Both the position numbers and the translations under genes were made by a program. Shown one piece after another: positions 1-8,841 of a stretch of DNA of 55,645 nucleotides. The notes beneath the pieces are model-generated. The model saw nothing but the letters and a program-made list of their open reading frames with translations. It had not been told where the DNA came from and did no database searches. How positions within the stretch are numbered: the stretch's first letter is position 1; each line of letters begins with the position of its first letter. The DNA comes from Candidatus Pacearchaeota archaeon CG1_02_39_14 (GTDB lineage Archaea > Nanobdellota > Nanobdellia > Pacearchaeales > GW2011-AR1): the NCBI GenBank assembly GCA_001872315.1, contig MNVZ01000026.1, positions 1 through 55,645 of the forward strand. Reading direction: 5' to 3'.

Positions 1-72
1 GTTGCTACTCCCTGCACCAAACCTGTAGTTGTAACTGGTTCTCACTAAATAAACTTAACGGGAGGTAAAAAA

Positions 73-489
73 ATGGAATACAAACATAGCGGGAGCTCTG
101 TCGGAGCAAACAGGAAGCATGTTCAGATAACACCAAAGTACAGATATCGCATGATGAGAAGCGAAAAACTGAAAGTTTTTTGCAGAGTTGCAATAGAAGA
201 AGCCTGCAAAAAACATGGGATAAGAATAGAAATTATCAAGGTGATGGAGGAGCATGTTCATCTGATAGCTGATGTCCCGAGGACAATGAGTGATGCACTG
301 GCTTTGCAGATAATCAAGGGAGGGTCATCTTATCTGCTCTTTCGCATTTGTCCGAATTTGCGAAAGAGATATCTGAGAGGACATTTCTGGACTGGTGGAT
401 ATTTTTGTGATGGAGTAGGAAACAGCAATTTTACAGCAACTTACACCTACATAGAAAACCAAGAGCTTCATCATTCAGCGTCGAGATAA
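73..489 (+). CDS. tnpA: IS200-family Y1 (HUH) transposase TnpA
   Basis: 138 aa. HUH motif in EEHVHLIADVP. C-terminal Tyr region TATYTYIENQ typical of IS200 TnpA. GGGAGG Shine-Dalgarno-like box at 60-65, 7 nt before the ATG. Confidence 0.8.
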   Translation: MEYKHSGSSVGANRKHVQITPKYRYRMMRSEKLKVFCRVAIEEACKKHGIRIEIIKVMEEHVHLIADVPRTMSDALALQIIKGGSSYLLFRICPNLRKRYLRGHFWTGGYFCDGVGNSNFTATYTYIENQELHHSASR

Positions 490-525
490 GACTAACTGGA
501 CGCCGTGCTCCGAGCGAAGCGAGGA

Positions 526-542
526 TTTGCCCGAAGGGCAAA
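526..542. other. Perfect 7-bp stem / GAA loop hairpin downstream of tnpA (IS subterminal hairpin or terminator)
   Basis: TTTGCCCGAAGGGCAAA read directly; flanked by a second inverted pair CCGTGC / GCACGG. Confidence 0.6.
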
Positions 543-655
543 CCTTTAGGGCACGGAGGAGGTCACATACTTGAGTCGCACTAGACTCTTTATTTTTTCT
601 GCGTCACTTACGGCTACGTTTCTTATTCTCATGTAAAATTTTGCTGAAGAAAACC

Positions 656-663
656 TTATAAAT
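656..663 (+). promoter_or_regulatory. TATA box for the 685 gene
   Basis: TTATAAAT ends 22 nt before the ATG at 685, matching the window-wide spacing. Confidence 0.5.
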
Positions 664-684
664 GTATGGAGTTTGTGAAAATCC

Positions 685-1401
685 ATGATTAATGAGCTAT
701 TGTTCATTCTTGTTATTCTTGTATCTTTTGCAATGACCCTCCTTGCTGTTAAGCTTGGAAGAGAATGGCTGATTGCTATCCCTCCTGTTTTTATTATTGT
801 TGCTAACATTTTTGCTCCTCAATTAGTCAGTGTTTTTGGGATAACAACAAGTTTGGCATTGCCAATTTACGCATCCATATTTCTTGCTACAGACATTGTT
901 GCGGAACATTGGGGTAAAAAAGAAGCTAGAAAAGTTGTTTGGATGGCTTTGTTCACACAAGCATTTGCTCTTATTATTGCTATGGTAATTGTGCAGGCAG
1001 AAGTCTTAGAAATTAGTGCTGGTGTGGGAGATGCCCTAGTATTAGTATTTGGATTCACACCAAGGATTGTCCTTGGTTCTTTAGTTGCATATGTTATAAG
1101 CCAGAATTGGGATGTTTGGGCATTCCATAAGATGAAAGAAAAGACAAAAGGAAGGCATTTATGGCTTAGAAATAATGCCAGCACAATCAGCTCTCAATTT
1201 TTGGATTCTGTAATTTTCATAGGGATTGCATTTTATGGAATTATTCCCGGAACATGGCCTTTGATTCAGTTCATGCTTTCTGTCTGGGTTCTAAAAATAG
1301 CGGTTGCCTTGCTTGACACCCCTATAGTTTATTGGTCCTATGGGCTTCTGGGAAAGAAAAGACCCAAGAAAACAAAAGACGAGCATTTTGGTGTTGCATA
1401 G
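685..1401 (+). CDS. Queuosine-precursor transporter family membrane protein (YhhQ/DUF165-like)
   Basis: 238 aa, polytopic. Segments IFLATDIVAEHWG and LRNNASTISSQFLDSVIFIGIAFYG resemble E. coli YhhQ (FIFLATDLTVRIFG, TASTLFGNVSDTLAFFFIAF; recalled from memory). Confidence 0.7.
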   Translation: MINELLFILVILVSFAMTLLAVKLGREWLIAIPPVFIIVANIFAPQLVSVFGITTSLALPIYASIFLATDIVAEHWGKKEARKVVWMALFTQAFALIIAMVIVQAEVLEISAGVGDALVLVFGFTPRIVLGSLVAYVISQNWDVWAFHKMKEKTKGRHLWLRNNASTISSQFLDSVIFIGIAFYGIIPGTWPLIQFMLSVWVLKIAVALLDTPIVYWSYGLLGKKRPKKTKDEHFGVA

Positions 1402-1403
1402 AC

Positions 1404-1411
1404 TTTAAATA
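1404..1411 (+). promoter_or_regulatory. TATA box for gltX
   Basis: TTTAAATA ends 22 nt before the ATG at 1433. Confidence 0.5.
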
Positions 1412-1432
1412 TCTGATTTCTTTTTTATCAGC

Positions 1433-3091
1433 ATGAAGGATTTATCAAAAGAGATTCTTGCATACTCGCTGCAAAATGCTATTGAATTTGGAAAAGCTGA
1501 TGCGGGGAAATTGATAGGAAAGCTTTTTCAGCATGGGCTTGAAAAGAAAAATATAGGGGATGTTATGCCTGCGATTCAGGAAGCCGTCAAGAAAGTCAAT
1601 TCTATGTCTAAGGATGAAAGGGATAAGGCGTTTGAGAAATTAAAGGATGTTGTTAAGGCAAGGAGCGAAGAGGAGAAAGGCCTTCCTTCCTTAAAGGGCT
1701 CCGCTGTAGACGGGAAAATGAGATTCAGGATGGCTCCATTTCCTTCAGGGGCATTGCACATAGGAAATGCAAAGACTTACCTTCTTAATGCATTGTATGC
1801 AGAAGATTACAATGCAGAGCTGCTGCTGATTATGGATGATACTATAGGAAGCGAAGAGAAACAGCCCTACAAGGAGAGCTATACTTTAATTGAAGAAGCG
1901 TTTGATTGGCTTGGAATCAAGTACAAGAAGCCTGTGATTTACAAGTCCGACAGGCTGAAGATTTATTATGAGTATGCTGAAAAACTTATCAAGAAAGGAA
2001 AGGCATATGTGTGCCATTGTGCGCAGGAGATATTAAGGGAAAACAGGGCTAAAGGTGTGGAATGCTCGTGCAGGCAATTTCCAAATGGGATACAGCTGGA
2101 AAGATGGAAGGAGATGTTCAAGATGCCTGAAGGGCACGCGGTGTTGAGAATAAAGACCGAGATGATGCATCCTAATCCTGCTTTCAGAGACAGGGTTCTT
2201 TTCAAGATATCAGACAGAGAGCATCCAAGAGTGGGAAAAAAGTACAGGGTCTGGCCAACTCTGGAGATGTCCTGGGCCATTGATGACCATCTGCTTGGAA
2301 TCACCCATATATTGAGGGGGAATGACTTGAGAATAGAGACTGACATGGAGAAATATGTATGGGATATATTTGCCTGGAAACACCCTGAAACAATCCACAC
2401 TGGGCTGATAAGGATAGAAGGTCTTGATGCAAAGGTTTCCAAGTCTAAGTCCCAGAAAGAAGTCAGGGAAGGAAGATTTTTCGGATGGGATGATCCAAGA
2501 ACATGGAGCATTCAGAGCCTTATAAAAAGAGGGATTACATCCGAAGCTATAAAAGATTTTGTCAGGGAGATTGGGCTGAACAGGCAGGATACCGTTGTTC
2601 CGATTGACAACCTTTATGCAATAAACAGAAGATTGCTTGACAAAGAGACTGACAGATATTTCTTTGTCTGGAACCCTGTGAAGATAAAAATTGAGAATGT
2701 CCTTGAGAAAAAAGAGTTTGACATCCAAGTTCATCCTGACAGACAGGAGACAAGGAAGATGAAGATAAAAAATGATTTTTATGTTGTTAAAGATGACTTT
2801 GACAAGCTGAAAGGAAAAGAGATAAGGCTGATTCATTTGTTCAATATCAAAATGGATGAAGAGAGCAAAATCACTTCTATAGAGAACAAAAAAATTCCGA
2901 AGATACACTGGGTTTCTGATAAGGTTAAAGCCAGGGTATTGATGCCCGACGGAAAATGGACTGAAGGGTACGCTGATTCAGGTGTAAAGAAAATAAAGAA
3001 AGATGAAATAATACAGTTCGAGCGCTTTGGCTTCTGCAGATACGATGGAGAGAAGAAGGGTGTGAAGGAATTTTGGTTCGGGCATAAATAA
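1433..3091 (+). CDS. gltX: Glutamyl-tRNA synthetase, archaeal type
   Basis: 552 aa. Class I HIGH motif as PSGALHIGN, KMSKS-like VSKSKS, archaeal-type N-terminal helical extension (YSLQNAIEFGKAD). Confidence 0.9.
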   Translation: MKDLSKEILAYSLQNAIEFGKADAGKLIGKLFQHGLEKKNIGDVMPAIQEAVKKVNSMSKDERDKAFEKLKDVVKARSEEEKGLPSLKGSAVDGKMRFRMAPFPSGALHIGNAKTYLLNALYAEDYNAELLLIMDDTIGSEEKQPYKESYTLIEEAFDWLGIKYKKPVIYKSDRLKIYYEYAEKLIKKGKAYVCHCAQEILRENRAKGVECSCRQFPNGIQLERWKEMFKMPEGHAVLRIKTEMMHPNPAFRDRVLFKISDREHPRVGKKYRVWPTLEMSWAIDDHLLGITHILRGNDLRIETDMEKYVWDIFAWKHPETIHTGLIRIEGLDAKVSKSKSQKEVREGRFFGWDDPRTWSIQSLIKRGITSEAIKDFVREIGLNRQDTVVPIDNLYAINRRLLDKETDRYFFVWNPVKIKIENVLEKKEFDIQVHPDRQETRKMKIKNDFYVVKDDFDKLKGKEIRLIHLFNIKMDEESKITSIENKKIPKIHWVSDKVKARVLMPDGKWTEGYADSGVKKIKKDEIIQFERFGFCRYDGEKKGVKEFWFGHK

Positions 3092-3092
3092 A

Positions 3093-3395
3093 ATGAATTT
3101 AGCTATATTAGGAATAGTTTCTGATCTTATTGGAGTTTTTATTCTGACTTTAGTAGCAATTATTGATTATCCTCATCAGAGAATTTTTAATCAAGATAGA
3201 TGGTGGAAAAAATATTGGTGGATGGGATGGAGGCCTTTTTACAGAGATACTCAAACATTAGAATGGAAGAGGGAACTTAATAGAAGAGTTATAGTTTACC
3301 ATCTGGTACCACCCAGGCAACAATGGAACCTAATTGGATTTTTATTTATTTTAGTAGGGTTTTCATTACAACTAATCTTTTATCTGAAAAGCTAA
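3093..3395 (+). CDS. Small membrane protein, unknown function
   Basis: 100 aa with hydrophobic N- and C-terminal segments and a Trp-rich loop (WWKKYWWMGW). ATG lies 2 nt after the gltX stop. Confidence 0.45.
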   Translation: MNLAILGIVSDLIGVFILTLVAIIDYPHQRIFNQDRWWKKYWWMGWRPFYRDTQTLEWKRELNRRVIVYHLVPPRQQWNLIGFLFILVGFSLQLIFYLKS

Positions 3396-3407
3396 TAAAT
3401 AAAAACA

Positions 3408-3415
3408 TTTATAAA
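3408..3415 (+). promoter_or_regulatory. TATA box for the pilin-like gene pair
   Basis: TTTATAAA ends 22 nt before the ATG at 3437. This supports the internal start rather than the ORF-track start at 3323. Confidence 0.5.
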
Positions 3416-3436
3416 CAAAATAGATTTATAGCTTCC

Positions 3437-3880
3437 ATGAAAAAGAGAGGGTTGAGTGGGATTGTCACAGTCATTCTTATCATATTACTTGTACTTGTTG
3501 CTATTGGAATCATATGGGCAGCAATAAGGCCTCCAATCCAGGAAACCGGGGACAGATTGTCCGGAGATTGCCTGACTCTGAATGTTGAAGCATTGAGCTG
3601 TACTAACATGGGGAACGGATTATACGATGTTAGGTTTATGAGGAATGCCGGGGCAGGAAGTTTGACTGATGTTAAGATAATATTCTACAATATAGATGAT
3701 GAGACCACTGTTGTGGAATACGGAAGCACATTGACAGAGCTTCAGACAGGATTGTATAATTCAGGTGACTTGTCATCTTTCGCTCCTACACAGGCAAATG
3801 TGGTTGCAGTTATACAGCCGGGCGAGACTCCTATCACTTGCGAGATAGTTAACCAGCCAGTTAGTTGTTTAACTCCTTAA
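3437..3880 (+). CDS. Type IV pilin-like protein (class III signal peptide), paralog 1
   Basis: MKKRG-LSGIVTVILIILLVLVAIGIIWA: basic residues, Gly, then about 22 hydrophobic residues. Four Cys are conserved with the next gene (GDCLTLNVEALSC ... ITCEIVNQPVSC). Confidence 0.6.
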   Translation: MKKRGLSGIVTVILIILLVLVAIGIIWAAIRPPIQETGDRLSGDCLTLNVEALSCTNMGNGLYDVRFMRNAGAGSLTDVKIIFYNIDDETTVVEYGSTLTELQTGLYNSGDLSSFAPTQANVVAVIQPGETPITCEIVNQPVSCLTP

Positions 3881-3890
3881 GGTATAAAAT

Positions 3891-4352
3891 ATGGACAGGA
3901 AAGGATTATCGGGAATAATTACAGTAGTTTTGTTTGTTCTATTGATTCTTGTTGCTATAGGGATCATATGGGCTTTTCTGAATCCTTTCATAACCGAAGG
4001 AACGTCAGGGGTTGGAGCAATAGGTAACTGCCTGCAGGTGAGACTGGAAGCAGCCAATTGCGTCGATAATACTGGAAGCTACAGCCTGACAGTAAGAAGA
4101 GGGGCTGATGATGTTACATTATCAGATGTAAAATTGATTTTCTATGATGCACAGGATAACACTGAGGTCAAGGACATTCTTGGAGATTCTATAGATACTC
4201 AGATTCCTGATGCCCTTGGAAGCAGGACATATTCCAATATTATTTTAGCTTCTCTGCAGTCTGCCTCAAAAGTCGGGGTGTCTGCTGTGATAATATCGAA
4301 TGACGAAGAGCATACATGCGAGCAGGTTAGTGAATTAGTGGATTGCGAATAG
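3891..4352 (+). CDS. Type IV pilin-like protein (class III signal peptide), paralog 2
   Basis: MDRKG-LSGIITVVLFVLLILVAIGIIWA. Same four-Cys pattern (GNCLQVRLEAANC ... HTCEQVSELVDC) and shared DVK(I/L)IFY motif. Lies 10 nt after paralog 1, so probably co-transcribed. Confidence 0.6.
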   Translation: MDRKGLSGIITVVLFVLLILVAIGIIWAFLNPFITEGTSGVGAIGNCLQVRLEAANCVDNTGSYSLTVRRGADDVTLSDVKLIFYDAQDNTEVKDILGDSIDTQIPDALGSRTYSNIILASLQSASKVGVSAVIISNDEEHTCEQVSELVDCE

Positions 4353-4375
4353 TTATAAAAATTATTTAGAAAAAA

Positions 4376-5059
4376 TTATTTAGACTTCTTGGATGGCTTT
4401 GCAGTCTTGGATTCGCTGCCTGATTCCTTTCCCAAGGGCTTGCTGTTCTTGCTCTCTACAATGGATTCTTTTTCTTTTTGCAAAGCTTCTTTCAACTTAT
4501 CCAGCTGCTCAAGCTGCGCATCAATCTCTTTCTTTGATGGCTTTCTTTTAACAGACTGATTCATCGGAATCTTTTTCACATAATCCATTATTGAAGACCT
4601 TTCCATTCTAAGAACAGATTTTGATTCATCCTCTATATGCGCCTTTAATATTTCCATTCCTGTGAGGACACAATTGACATTCCATATTTTATCGCCCTCG
4701 ATTGTCTGAATTACTGCAATAATCTTCCTTATATCTTCCGTGATGCTTCTGTTTTTCATCTCATCCTCCAATATGCCTCTTATCGCCTCCAAATCAATCT
4801 TTGTCTTAATATCCAGCTTTTCAGGAGTCTTGTCTGTAAGCATATCGAGAATTTTTACATCTACCTGATGATTGTCAAGACTGAAAGCAGCCACTTTTTT
4901 CTGTCCGGGAATATAATAGTCTATCTGATGAATGTTCTGTCCTGCCTCAAAGTCAAGGACAAAGAACCCCGCAATAAGATACGCATCCCCATATTTCTTT
5001 TCGAATTCCTTAAATTCCGAGGAGTTGCTCAATTTTTCTATATATGGTTGTATTTTCAT
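4376..5059 (-). CDS. Hypothetical protein with Lys/Glu-rich C-terminal tail
   Basis: 227-aa ORF with an ATG start. No motif recognised. The tail is low-complexity and coiled-coil-like. Confidence 0.55.
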   Translation of the reverse strand: MKIQPYIEKLSNSSEFKEFEKKYGDAYLIAGFFVLDFEAGQNIHQIDYYIPGQKKVAAFSLDNHQVDVKILDMLTDKTPEKLDIKTKIDLEAIRGILEDEMKNRSITEDIRKIIAVIQTIEGDKIWNVNCVLTGMEILKAHIEDESKSVLRMERSSIMDYVKKIPMNQSVKRKPSKKEIDAQLEQLDKLKEALQKEKESIVESKNSKPLGKESGSESKTAKPSKKSK

Positions 5060-5093
5060 CTTCTCTTTTACATTAGTTTCTGGAATGGGAGGT

Positions 5094-6827
5094 TTATAAA
5101 GATTTATACGGCTCAGCTAATTCTTTCTTTAAATCCTTGATGAACTTATCCAGTTTTATGCCAAATTTAGGCTTTTCCCCTCGTGCACGGACAGCAATAG
5201 TCTTGCTTTTTTCTTCTTTTTCTCCTAAAACTATAACATAGTTTACTTTCATAAGCTCTGCGTTTCTTATCTTTGACTGGACTGTATCTGACTCGAGGTC
5301 TGAATCTATTCTTAATTCAGGCAATTCTGATTTAAGAGTTTCAACAAGCTTTTCACATGCTTTAGTGTTTCTGTCTGTGAAGTTGATTACCCTGACCTGT
5401 CTTGGGGAAAGCCAGAGGGGAAAATTTCCTGAAAGATGCTCCAAAAGGACTCCAATAAACCTTTCAAGAGAGCCAAAGATTGCCCTGTGAAGGACAATTG
5501 GCTTATGTGACTTTCCATCTTTGCCTGTATATTCTAATTCAAACCTTTCCGGAAAATTGAAGTCTAATTGAAGAGTTGAACACTGCCACTCCCTCCCAAG
5601 AGAATCTTTAATCTGAACGTCAAGACTTGGTCCGTAAAACTTTGCCTCTCCCGGCATCTTATCTGCCTTAATCTTTAATTTTTTCAGAGCCGACGTGAAA
5701 GCCATTTCGGCACTATTCCATAGTTTGTCATCACCAAGATACTTTGATTCCTTTTCCTTGCTCCTCGTACTCAAAGTGAAATAATACTTGAAGTTAAAAG
5801 TGTCAAGGAATTTTTGAATTATTCTTATTACATTAATTATCTCATCTTCCAGCTGATCTTCTCTTACAAAAATATGTGCGTCGTCCTGATGCATTCTTAT
5901 TACCCTAAACAATCCTGATAAGACTCCAGATAATTCCATTCTGTGCAATGGGCTGTACTCCGAAAATCTTATGGGAAAGTCTTTGTAGCTTCTTGACTTG
6001 GCACGATAGAGAAGCATGTGCCCGGGGCAGTTCATTGGTTTTACTGCAGCAGGCCTTCCTTCATAGTCTGTCAAAAACATATTTTCCCTGTATAATCCCC
6101 AATGACCTGAAATTTTCCAGAGTTTATTGTCATAGATTTGGGGAGTTGAAACTTCCTGATAGTCTAACCCTTCCTGAATTTTCCTTGAAAATTTTAATAA
6201 TTCATTGAATATTACAAGCCCCTTTGGATGCCAAAATATTGAACCTGGAGACGCTTCATTAAAAGAAAACAAGTCAAGCTTCTGACCTAAAATTCTATGG
6301 TCGTTATCCTTTAATTTTGAAGTGTCAAGTTTTGACCTTGATAGTTCTCTTAAAAGATGAGAAATGTCATAATCTTCCAGCTCTATGACTTTATGCTCTG
6401 TTTTTACATCTTCTGCCTTTCCCTTAAACTCTTTGCTTAGCTCTGACAGAGGATGGCCTTTCACTTTTAATTCAAAAGATTTGTAATGGCCAAATGGCGC
6501 CCTTGTCACGCTGAAAAATTTACTTAATGCATTCTCTGCCTCTACTAAATATTCCAAAGCTGTTTTTGGATTTGCAAGATTAGATGAAAGATGTGCATAA
6601 GGATATAGTACAATATTTTTTGCCTTGACTTCTGAAGCTGTCTTTTTCACCGCTTCTACTAATTGAGCAACCGCTTGGTCATTGTCCCCTTTCTCTATAG
6701 CAGTCAGAATAACTAAGGGATCTTTGATTTCGTGCTCTTTATTATCCTTTAATTCTTCGGCGTCTTTGAATGCTTTCTTTAATGCTTTAAAGCGGATATA
6801 ATCGCAATGAAGCGTGATGATTTTCAT
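5094..6827 (-). CDS. thrS: Threonyl-tRNA synthetase with archaea-type N-terminal editing domain
   Basis: 577 aa. N-terminus MKIITLHCDYIRFKA is typical of the archaeal ThrRS editing domain. Followed by a class II core (FRVIRMHQDDAHIF, GPSLDVQIKD) and a C-terminal anticodon-binding domain. Confidence 0.9.
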   Translation of the reverse strand: MKIITLHCDYIRFKALKKAFKDAEELKDNKEHEIKDPLVILTAIEKGDNDQAVAQLVEAVKKTASEVKAKNIVLYPYAHLSSNLANPKTALEYLVEAENALSKFFSVTRAPFGHYKSFELKVKGHPLSELSKEFKGKAEDVKTEHKVIELEDYDISHLLRELSRSKLDTSKLKDNDHRILGQKLDLFSFNEASPGSIFWHPKGLVIFNELLKFSRKIQEGLDYQEVSTPQIYDNKLWKISGHWGLYRENMFLTDYEGRPAAVKPMNCPGHMLLYRAKSRSYKDFPIRFSEYSPLHRMELSGVLSGLFRVIRMHQDDAHIFVREDQLEDEIINVIRIIQKFLDTFNFKYYFTLSTRSKEKESKYLGDDKLWNSAEMAFTSALKKLKIKADKMPGEAKFYGPSLDVQIKDSLGREWQCSTLQLDFNFPERFELEYTGKDGKSHKPIVLHRAIFGSLERFIGVLLEHLSGNFPLWLSPRQVRVINFTDRNTKACEKLVETLKSELPELRIDSDLESDTVQSKIRNAELMKVNYVIVLGEKEEKSKTIAVRARGEKPKFGIKLDKFIKDLKKELAEPYKSL

Positions 6828-6865
6828 GCATCCTTAAAGAAAGGGCGGTATAAAAGGATTTTGGA

Positions 6866-7486
6866 TTAATCCTGAAGGGTTTCCAGCCTTTCTACTGGAA
6901 GAGGTGTTTTCCCTCTATAAGCCAAGGCAACAACATCCGGGCTTGACAACCATTCTCTTTTTGTTTCAATCATTTTTCCAGGAAAAGTGGATTGCATGTA
7001 TTCTATAACCCTTCCCAGGATTTCAGCTGCACCAATATGCCCTCCTTGAGTCTGGCGCCTCATAGCAAAAGTTCCGATTGACCTTCCCCTATCAAAGGCA
7101 AATACAATGCTCCCATTTGATATTCTTGTCTTAGAGGGAAGCAATCTTCCCCTTTCAGTTTTTACCTGCCCATCAGGAATCTGCCTGAGAAAATTAAGGT
7201 TATCATAAAGAAAAGAAGCGCTAAAGGAAGGATGCAGCTCATGGTCTATGTCCCATTCCCCTGGATTGAGATACGAATTTAGGTGGACTATAATTGGGTC
7301 TCCTTGTATTCCTGACTCTTCCAAAAATGAGAGATGTTCCAGGGCGTAATCTCTATTTCTCCAGACATAAAATCCTCTGCCTTGTCCGTTTCCATCAGAC
7401 AAGTCTGACCTAGCTCCTTCTCTGAAAGATTCTGCTGCTTCGCCAGGGTTTCCCCTTAATGCGTGGTATAATGTTTCTATATTCAT
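6866..7486 (-). CDS. Hypothetical protein (N-terminal LYH...GRGFYVW motif)
   Basis: 206-aa ORF. A TATA element sits 22 nt upstream on the minus strand. Divergent from the lysozyme operon. Confidence 0.6.
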   Translation of the reverse strand: MNIETLYHALRGNPGEAAESFREGARSDLSDGNGQGRGFYVWRNRDYALEHLSFLEESGIQGDPIIVHLNSYLNPGEWDIDHELHPSFSASFLYDNLNFLRQIPDGQVKTERGRLLPSKTRISNGSIVFAFDRGRSIGTFAMRRQTQGGHIGAAEILGRVIEYMQSTFPGKMIETKREWLSSPDVVALAYRGKTPLPVERLETLQD

Positions 7487-7507
7487 GAAAATCCCAAAAA
7501 CTAGTGA

Positions 7508-7515
7508 TATTTAAA
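7508..7515 (-). promoter_or_regulatory. TATA box for the 7486 minus-strand gene
   Basis: Minus-strand TTTAAATA ends 22 nt before the ATG at 7486. Confidence 0.5.
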
Positions 7516-7561
7516 TCTTGTCATTTTGTTACTATAACACAGGGATAACATGGTAGAAAGC

Positions 7562-7569
7562 TTTAAATA
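7562..7569 (+). promoter_or_regulatory. TATA box for the 7591-8669 two-gene operon
   Basis: TTTAAATA ends 22 nt before the ATG at 7591. Confidence 0.5.
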
Positions 7570-7590
7570 GGCATTTTTCCCAGAAAATGT

Positions 7591-7944
7591 ATGGAAAAGA
7601 GAACAGAAATGAGAATCTATAGACAAGGAATTATAGGAAAAATAGCTGAAGCTCTAGGCATTAGCAATCAAAAGACATTTGATTATGTTATAGATAATGA
7701 CATTGTAGCAGAGCCTTATGGACCCGTTAAAGGAAGAGATGTTTCAGTCCTTTTAAGAGGGTATGGACAGTATAGCGAGGTTGAACAATCATCCTTAAGA
7801 CATGCACTCTTACATGCTGTTCAGAACGATTCTCCTATAGAGAAAATAAGGCATTTTACATCTTCTGGAAGAGTAAATAGACAGGGAGATGCTATTTCAG
7901 GAGAGACAGGTATGGAGTATCAGATGGGAAGGAGGGCTGCATGA
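7591..7944 (+). CDS. Hypothetical protein
   Basis: 117-aa ORF. Its stop overlaps the next start (ATGA at 7941-7944). Confidence 0.5.
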   Translation: MEKRTEMRIYRQGIIGKIAEALGISNQKTFDYVIDNDIVAEPYGPVKGRDVSVLLRGYGQYSEVEQSSLRHALLHAVQNDSPIEKIRHFTSSGRVNRQGDAISGETGMEYQMGRRAA

Positions 7945-8669
7945 GCTTCCAGGAAGACCAGAGACCACTTAGAAGAGCTCTCGGATTGACAGCTGCTGGG
8001 ATTATAGGATTCGGACTGATAGCTAATAAAATTGATAATTCTACAAAAACAGTTGCTGATTCTGTAGGAACAAGAGAGACAGACGTAGCCGGAGAGCCTG
8101 CCGATGTAAGTAATATCCCTCTGGAAGATAGGGTAATAGACCCTTTGAATGAGGCAGATTCTGGAAGTGAAATAGATTTTAGGAATGAAATCAATTATGA
8201 GAGATTGTATGAAGACCTGAAAAGGCATGAGAGTGTTAGAAATACAGCTTATTCAGACGCCAATGGAAAGTCTGTAGGTGCCGGGTTTAATTTAGAAAGA
8301 CCTGATGCCAGAGAAAAAATAGAATCCTTTGGTCTTAATTATGAGTCTGTTTACAATGGAAGAACTACCCTGAATGATAACCAGATAAATTCCCTGTTAA
8401 AATATGGCGTTGAAATAGCTGTGGATGATGCTAGGAAATATCTCGGCGAAGCTTATTGGGACAATCTGGATGGAGATGCTAAAGAAATACTCGCAAATAT
8501 GAGTTACAATCTTGGCAGAGACAGGCTTTCAGGTTTTGTTAAGCTAAAGGATGCCCTAAGGAAGGAAGATTATAAGAAAGCAGCTGATGAGATGGTAGAT
8601 TCAAAGTGGTATAATCAAACTGGAGATAGGGCAGAAGAGCTTGCAAAGAGAATGAGATCGATAAAATGA
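7941..8669 (+). CDS. Membrane-anchored GH24 (T4/lambda-type) lysozyme
   Basis: 242 aa. Gly/Ala-rich TM segment LGLTAAGIIGFGLIANKI, acidic linker, then a lysozyme domain. Catalytic pattern E97-x8-D106-x4-S in HESVRNTAYSDANGKSVGAGFN. C-terminal family motifs LANMSYNLG, WYNQTGDRAEELAKRM. Confidence 0.75.
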   Translation: MSFQEDQRPLRRALGLTAAGIIGFGLIANKIDNSTKTVADSVGTRETDVAGEPADVSNIPLEDRVIDPLNEADSGSEIDFRNEINYERLYEDLKRHESVRNTAYSDANGKSVGAGFNLERPDAREKIESFGLNYESVYNGRTTLNDNQINSLLKYGVEIAVDDARKYLGEAYWDNLDGDAKEILANMSYNLGRDRLSGFVKLKDALRKEDYKKAADEMVDSKWYNQTGDRAEELAKRMRSIK

Positions 8670-8841
8670 ACTTAACAATATGGTTTTATGCATTATCTGA
8701 AGAATTTTTGGGATTTTTGGGAAGCATAATCAGAATGGTTTCCAGGCAATTTATCAATTACCTTTCAGCATAGATAAGTACTTGCAATTTTTGAAAGGAT
8801 AAAATCGGAAGATTTATATATAAGTTTATATAAAGGTCAAT

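Larger units (their letters stand above)
1..560 (+). mobile_element. IS200/IS605-family insertion sequence, tnpA-only (IS200-type); left end may be cut by the window edge
   Basis: Single Y1/HUH transposase ORF (73-489) followed by nested palindromes: perfect stem-loop TTTGCCC-GAA-GGGCAAA at 526-542 enclosed by CCGTGC (503-508) / GCACGG (551-556). No tnpB follows. Exact ends cannot be set from a single copy. Confidence 0.55.

Noticed and set aside
546-809. 87-aa minus-strand ORF
   Set aside because: It overlaps the confident yhhQ-like gene start and the IS hairpin region. It looks like an antisense shadow ORF.
7591-7944. Possible paralogy between the 117-aa protein (PVKGRDVSVLLRGYG) and the 108-aa protein at 48108-48434 (PVRGQDVIEVLRRYS)
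   Set aside because: The similarity is limited to about 13 residues. The flanking sequence does not align by eye, so this is insufficient to claim homology.
8704-8721. Tandem ATTTTTGGG x2 in the 8670-8841 intergenic region
   Set aside because: There are only two copies of a 9-mer in AT-rich DNA, with no associated structure or ORF.
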